Assembly: GCF_009914755.1 (NCBI RefSeq)
Contig: NC_060938.1
Direction: 5' to 3' (one strand)
Length of the DNA: 64,000 nt
Source: the human T2T-CHM13v2.0 reference genome, Homo sapiens
The notes below the pieces were generated by a model. The model worked only from the letters and a program-made list of their open reading frames with translations, did no database searches and was not told where the DNA came from. Position 1 is the stretch's first letter. Every line of letters begins with the position of its first letter. Shown here one piece after another: positions 59,670-64,000 of this stretch. The translations under genes were made by a program, and so were the position numbers.

Positions 59670-60820
59670 TTGAACAAGAACGTAGGATTTATTGAATGCT
59701 GTAATTTGACTTACTGCATATACAAATATCATTAGGAAACAATGAAAATTCACATACACCACTTTGTCATGTAACATTAAGGTAGCAACATGGCTAGCTG
59801 GGGAAATATAGTGCAAATTAAATGGCTTTTTCCAGCACTGCCTAACTCTTCTGGCAAGTTCTGCAGAGTAAGGGGTTCTCATTCTCTGAATCTAAACACA
59901 CCGGCTCACGGACATAGGTCAAAGTTGTATCACTAGTGATCTGTTGCCAATGATTACTTACATGGGTAAATGGTTTACATTTCAAAGAAATTAGAACAGA
60001 AAAGTTTATTTCTACAGTGTCATTCTTGTTCCCAAATTGCATGTTTACTTGAGTGGAAGAGAAATGAGTAGAATCTCAAAGGAGAAGAAAACAGCATTTA
60101 TTGAAAACCTGTGTAATCATTTAAATTTATATAAACATGTGTGTGTAAAGCCTGAAAGGATTTTGGAATTTTGAAAGGATAATGGGATAATGCTTTTTTG
60201 TGTTAAGCCACTGAGACTTTGGGTTTTATTTGTTACCATGGCACAGTCTATCCTATCCTGACTAATACATCTGTGTATTTATGAGTTCACTCGAGGTAAT
60301 TTATCATTATTTTTATATTACATATGACAAAGCTGAGACTTGAAGAGATTTAATAACTTGTCTGGATAGAAAGCAGTCCAGCTGGGATTTAAATCCAGCT
60401 GTCATATGAACCACGATATTTTTTGAATTAAAAGTATTTCTTATATCATATGTAATGTGACTTACGTGTGAATGAAGCTACTATTTTTGCATAAAATATG
60501 CCCGGTATGTGAATAAAACTGATTCCTTTTATCCCTTTTTATCCTTATGTTTTTCAATGTATTCCCATTATGGCCATCTTCACTGCATAAGTAAAGCCTC
60601 CTTATTCTATAAGGAAAAATCCTTCCTCCCCAATACAGAGTTAAACAAGATACTAAAATTTGTTTCCAATATGTAGCAGAAGACAATCTGTCCTCTAAGA
60701 AGAACTCTCTCTCCCCATTCCAATTAAAGCCTGGGGGTAATTGGAAACAAATAAGGGGCAAAAGCCCATATATCTTGGCTACTTGATGATTCTGATGGCA
60801 ATTCGGTCTTTACTGGACAC
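59670..60820 (-). other. candidate alternative terminal exon (minus strand)
   Basis: Acceptor ttactttggttcag at 60821; AATAAA 59688-59693 with upstream UGUA and a downstream GU/U-rich element. Confidence 0.3.
60175..60269 (+). mobile_element. MLT1-type LTR 3' fragment
   Basis: TTAAGCCACTGAGACTTTGGG...TTTGTTACCATGGCA...CTATCCTGACTAATACA. Confidence 0.75.
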
Positions 60821-61013
60821 CTGAACCAAAGTAATTCTTGAGAGCCTATCATTTATAATAGGTGCTATGGACCTAATGTTGTTAGCACCTGTAATTTGGA
60901 TTGGTTTTCTAGTAATAGCAAGCAAACGACAATCTCTCTCCCCATATTTAACTTTTGTAGGCAAGGCTGTGTGTTTTCAAGAGTTGTGCATGGCTCCATA
61001 CTACTGGTGTAAC

Positions 61014-61321
61014 TTTTTTTTGGTTTTTTTTTTTTTTTGAGACAGAGTTTCACTCTTCGTTGCCCAGACTAGAGTGCGGTGGCGTGATCTCGGCTCACTG
61101 AAACCTCCACCTCCCGGGTTCAAGCGGTTCTCCTGCCTCAGCCTCCCAAGTAGTGGGACTACAGGCGCCTGCCACCACACCCAGCTAATTTGTGTATTTT
61201 TAGTAGAGATGGGGTTTCACCATGTTGGCCAGGCTGGTCTTGAACTCCTGACCTCTGGTGATCTGCCTGCCTCAGCCTCCCAAAGTGCTGGGATTACAGG
61301 CATGTGCCACTGTGCCCTGCC
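61014..61321 (-). mobile_element. Alu (AluSq/Sp-type)
   Basis: Antisense Alu; TSD TACTGGTGTAACTTT. Confidence 0.95.
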
Positions 61322-61540
61322 TACTGGTGTAACTTTAAGGCAAGTCCTTTCAACTGAATAACACGAGTAAATATATTTTATTTCAATCCTGTTACCAAAG
61401 CTTAAATGAGTCCAAAGTGTAAGCAGTTTTTATAATGAATAAAAAGTAAAAAAAAAAATTAAGTACAGCAGTTCATCTTACTAAATTTTAATATTGCCTG
61501 TATTGTGAGAAAAAAAATTCAGCTTAAGAATGATCTGACT

Positions 61541-61829
<289 letters not shown>

Positions 61830-62024
61830 GAATGACCTGACTATGAAACTCTTATTCAAAACCCACTTTATTTCCTTAAGATACAAGGAACTATTGACTT
61901 CGAATTGTGAAAACCTCTCTATTTATACTTTAGAAAGACCAATAAAACCAAGATGATGCTCTTTGAGTAGCTTTTAAGACAAATGCTTGAATATTTTGTA
62001 GATTTTCAAATATAGAAAATATCG

Positions 62025-62330
62025 GGCCAGCATGATGACTCATACCTGTAATCCCAGCCATTTTGGGAGGCAGAGGTGGGAGGATCACTTGAAGTCAGAA
62101 GTTAGAGATGAGACTGGGTAACAAAACAAGACCTCAATCTCTGCAAAACATAAAAAAATAAATAAATAAAATATCCAAGCATTGTGATGCATGCCTATCA
62201 TCCCAACTACTCAGAAGGGTAATGCAGGAGGATTAGTTGAGCCCAGGAGGTCAAGGCTGCCGTGGGCTATGATGGCACCACTGCACTTCAGCCTAGGCGA
62301 CAGAGCGAGAAGCTCTCAAAAAAGAAAGAG
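62025..62330 (+). mobile_element. AluJ-type
   Basis: GGAGGATCACTTGA, GAGCCCAGGAGGTCAAGGCTGC, GCTATGATGGCACCACTGCAC. Confidence 0.9.
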
Positions 62331-63066
62331 AAAGGGAAAGAAACAGTGGAAGGTAGGAAGGAAGGAGACAGAAAGAAAGAGAAAGAAAATATTAAATATC
62401 TTGTGAAAAACAATCAGAAAATGGAACAAAAATATATAAAACATGCAGTAATTATTATCTTGCAAGTAGCCCAAACCTTTTAAAAATGCATCTGTCCACA
62501 TTAGTTATCTGGCAATGGCCACTGTACCACTAGAAATATTTCAAAAATGCATTTCCCCTACACATTTGTTTCATATGGATTGAATCAGAAAACATGGAAA
62601 CTACAGATTAACCTAAGTGTTCATTGATGCTTTAGTTTGAGTTTTGCAGAATATTCTCTTAATTTATTAACAATATGCTACATATATATGAAGCCATGAG
62701 CTTTTCTATTTAAAACCTGTAGTGAAAAAAACAAACCTTAGTGAATTTCAAAAGGAGATTATGCCTTTTTCTTATTGTTACTGACATTTATTCAGTGTCA
62801 AAATAATGACTATAGCAATATGTGGAAAAAATACTTAAGAACGGTTCAGAAAAGGGTGTCAAGCAGATACATCAGCCCATAATAAAGCCATCAGATAGGC
62901 ATTCATCTTGGCCATCATCAACTTTTTGTCACTGTTGTTCAAGTTTATTCTAATATAGTTTTGCTGGTATTGTTGTTAATTAAATACTGTATATAAGAAC
63001 ATGGAGCCATTTTAACAGGAACATCTTTAGGCCACAACACAGATGGAGTCATGCAAATAACTAAAA

Positions 63067-63085
63067 TGACCACAAGGTGGCAAAG
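63067..63085 (+). promoter_or_regulatory. CTCF motif
   Basis: TGACCACAAGGTGGCAAA, close to the CTCF core. Confidence 0.5.
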
Positions 63086-63145
63086 TATACAAATCTACAT
63101 CATTCAGATGGGCTCTTCCAGAAGAGAAAGTGTCTTGTAGCAAGC

Positions 63146-63170
63146 GGGTGGGGCTGGGGAGGGAGGGGGG
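63146..63170 (+). other. G-quadruplex-forming motif
   Basis: GGG T GGGG CT GGGG A GGG A GGGGGG; five G-runs with 1-2 nt loops. Confidence 0.75.
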
Positions 63171-63606
63171 AGCTTTTTTATGATTGTCTGCTGGCTAGAG
63201 AATAGCAAAATTATACTAATTTCTCAAAAATTGGTAATTACCCCAAATTCCTAGTACTTGAAATGATGTATCATGTTACTATTCTAATTTATTATAAATT
63301 TTTCTGTTTTAGAGCAAAATTGAATTTCTTAAATCCCAAATATATATTTTAAAATCAAAATTATTGGGTGTCTTTCACAGCGTTTTAAATTCATTTGATA
63401 TGTATACACGAGTCAATCGGAAAATGGGAGTTATTGCTCTACAAATTCAGAACCATTATGTGATTATATGATTAGTACTAGTTATCACAAAATTACAGCT
63501 ATTTATATTTCAAAAATTTTTAGTTTGGAGCAGCTAGATTATAAGACTTCTTCTTAATATTGTTGTTTCCAACACTCTGTGATCTTTTATTTTCCCTATA
63601 ATGTAG

Positions 63607-63970
<364 letters not shown>

Positions 63971-64000
63971 TGACCTCTTGAGTCCTAGATAAGAAAATCT

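Overview
This is AT-rich, repeat-dense primate (human-like) genomic DNA with no protein-coding exon that I can support. Every listed ORF is explained by Alu/L1/LTR remnants, low-complexity tracts, a minisatellite or chance. Recognisable elements are about 29 Alu-family copies (including a FAM, a FLAM, nested copies and 5'-truncated copies with target-site duplications, TSDs), a full-length THE1C-like MaLR provirus with both LTRs and a CTGAT TSD (26134-28394), a MER11 solo LTR (20322-21404), two LTR33 copies, MLT1, Tigger3a, MER5A, L1PB/L1MA/L2/MIR fragments, microsatellites and a 32-bp minisatellite. The most notable signals not explained by repeats are: (1) a 92-nt near-perfect hairpin with an adjacent 20-bp tandem duplication (25101-25216); (2) a 50-bp segment present twice 3.7 kb apart (51206 and 54941); (3) a candidate minus-strand transcript end with splice sites, a 3'UTR-like block and two possible poly(A) sites (about 42.9-46.6 kb and 59.7-60.8 kb; host gene not recognised); (4) two CpG-retaining patches; (5) CTCF motifs in divergent orientation. 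Repeat subfamily calls come from remembered consensus sequences and boundaries are approximate. I found no convincing novel multi-gene system.
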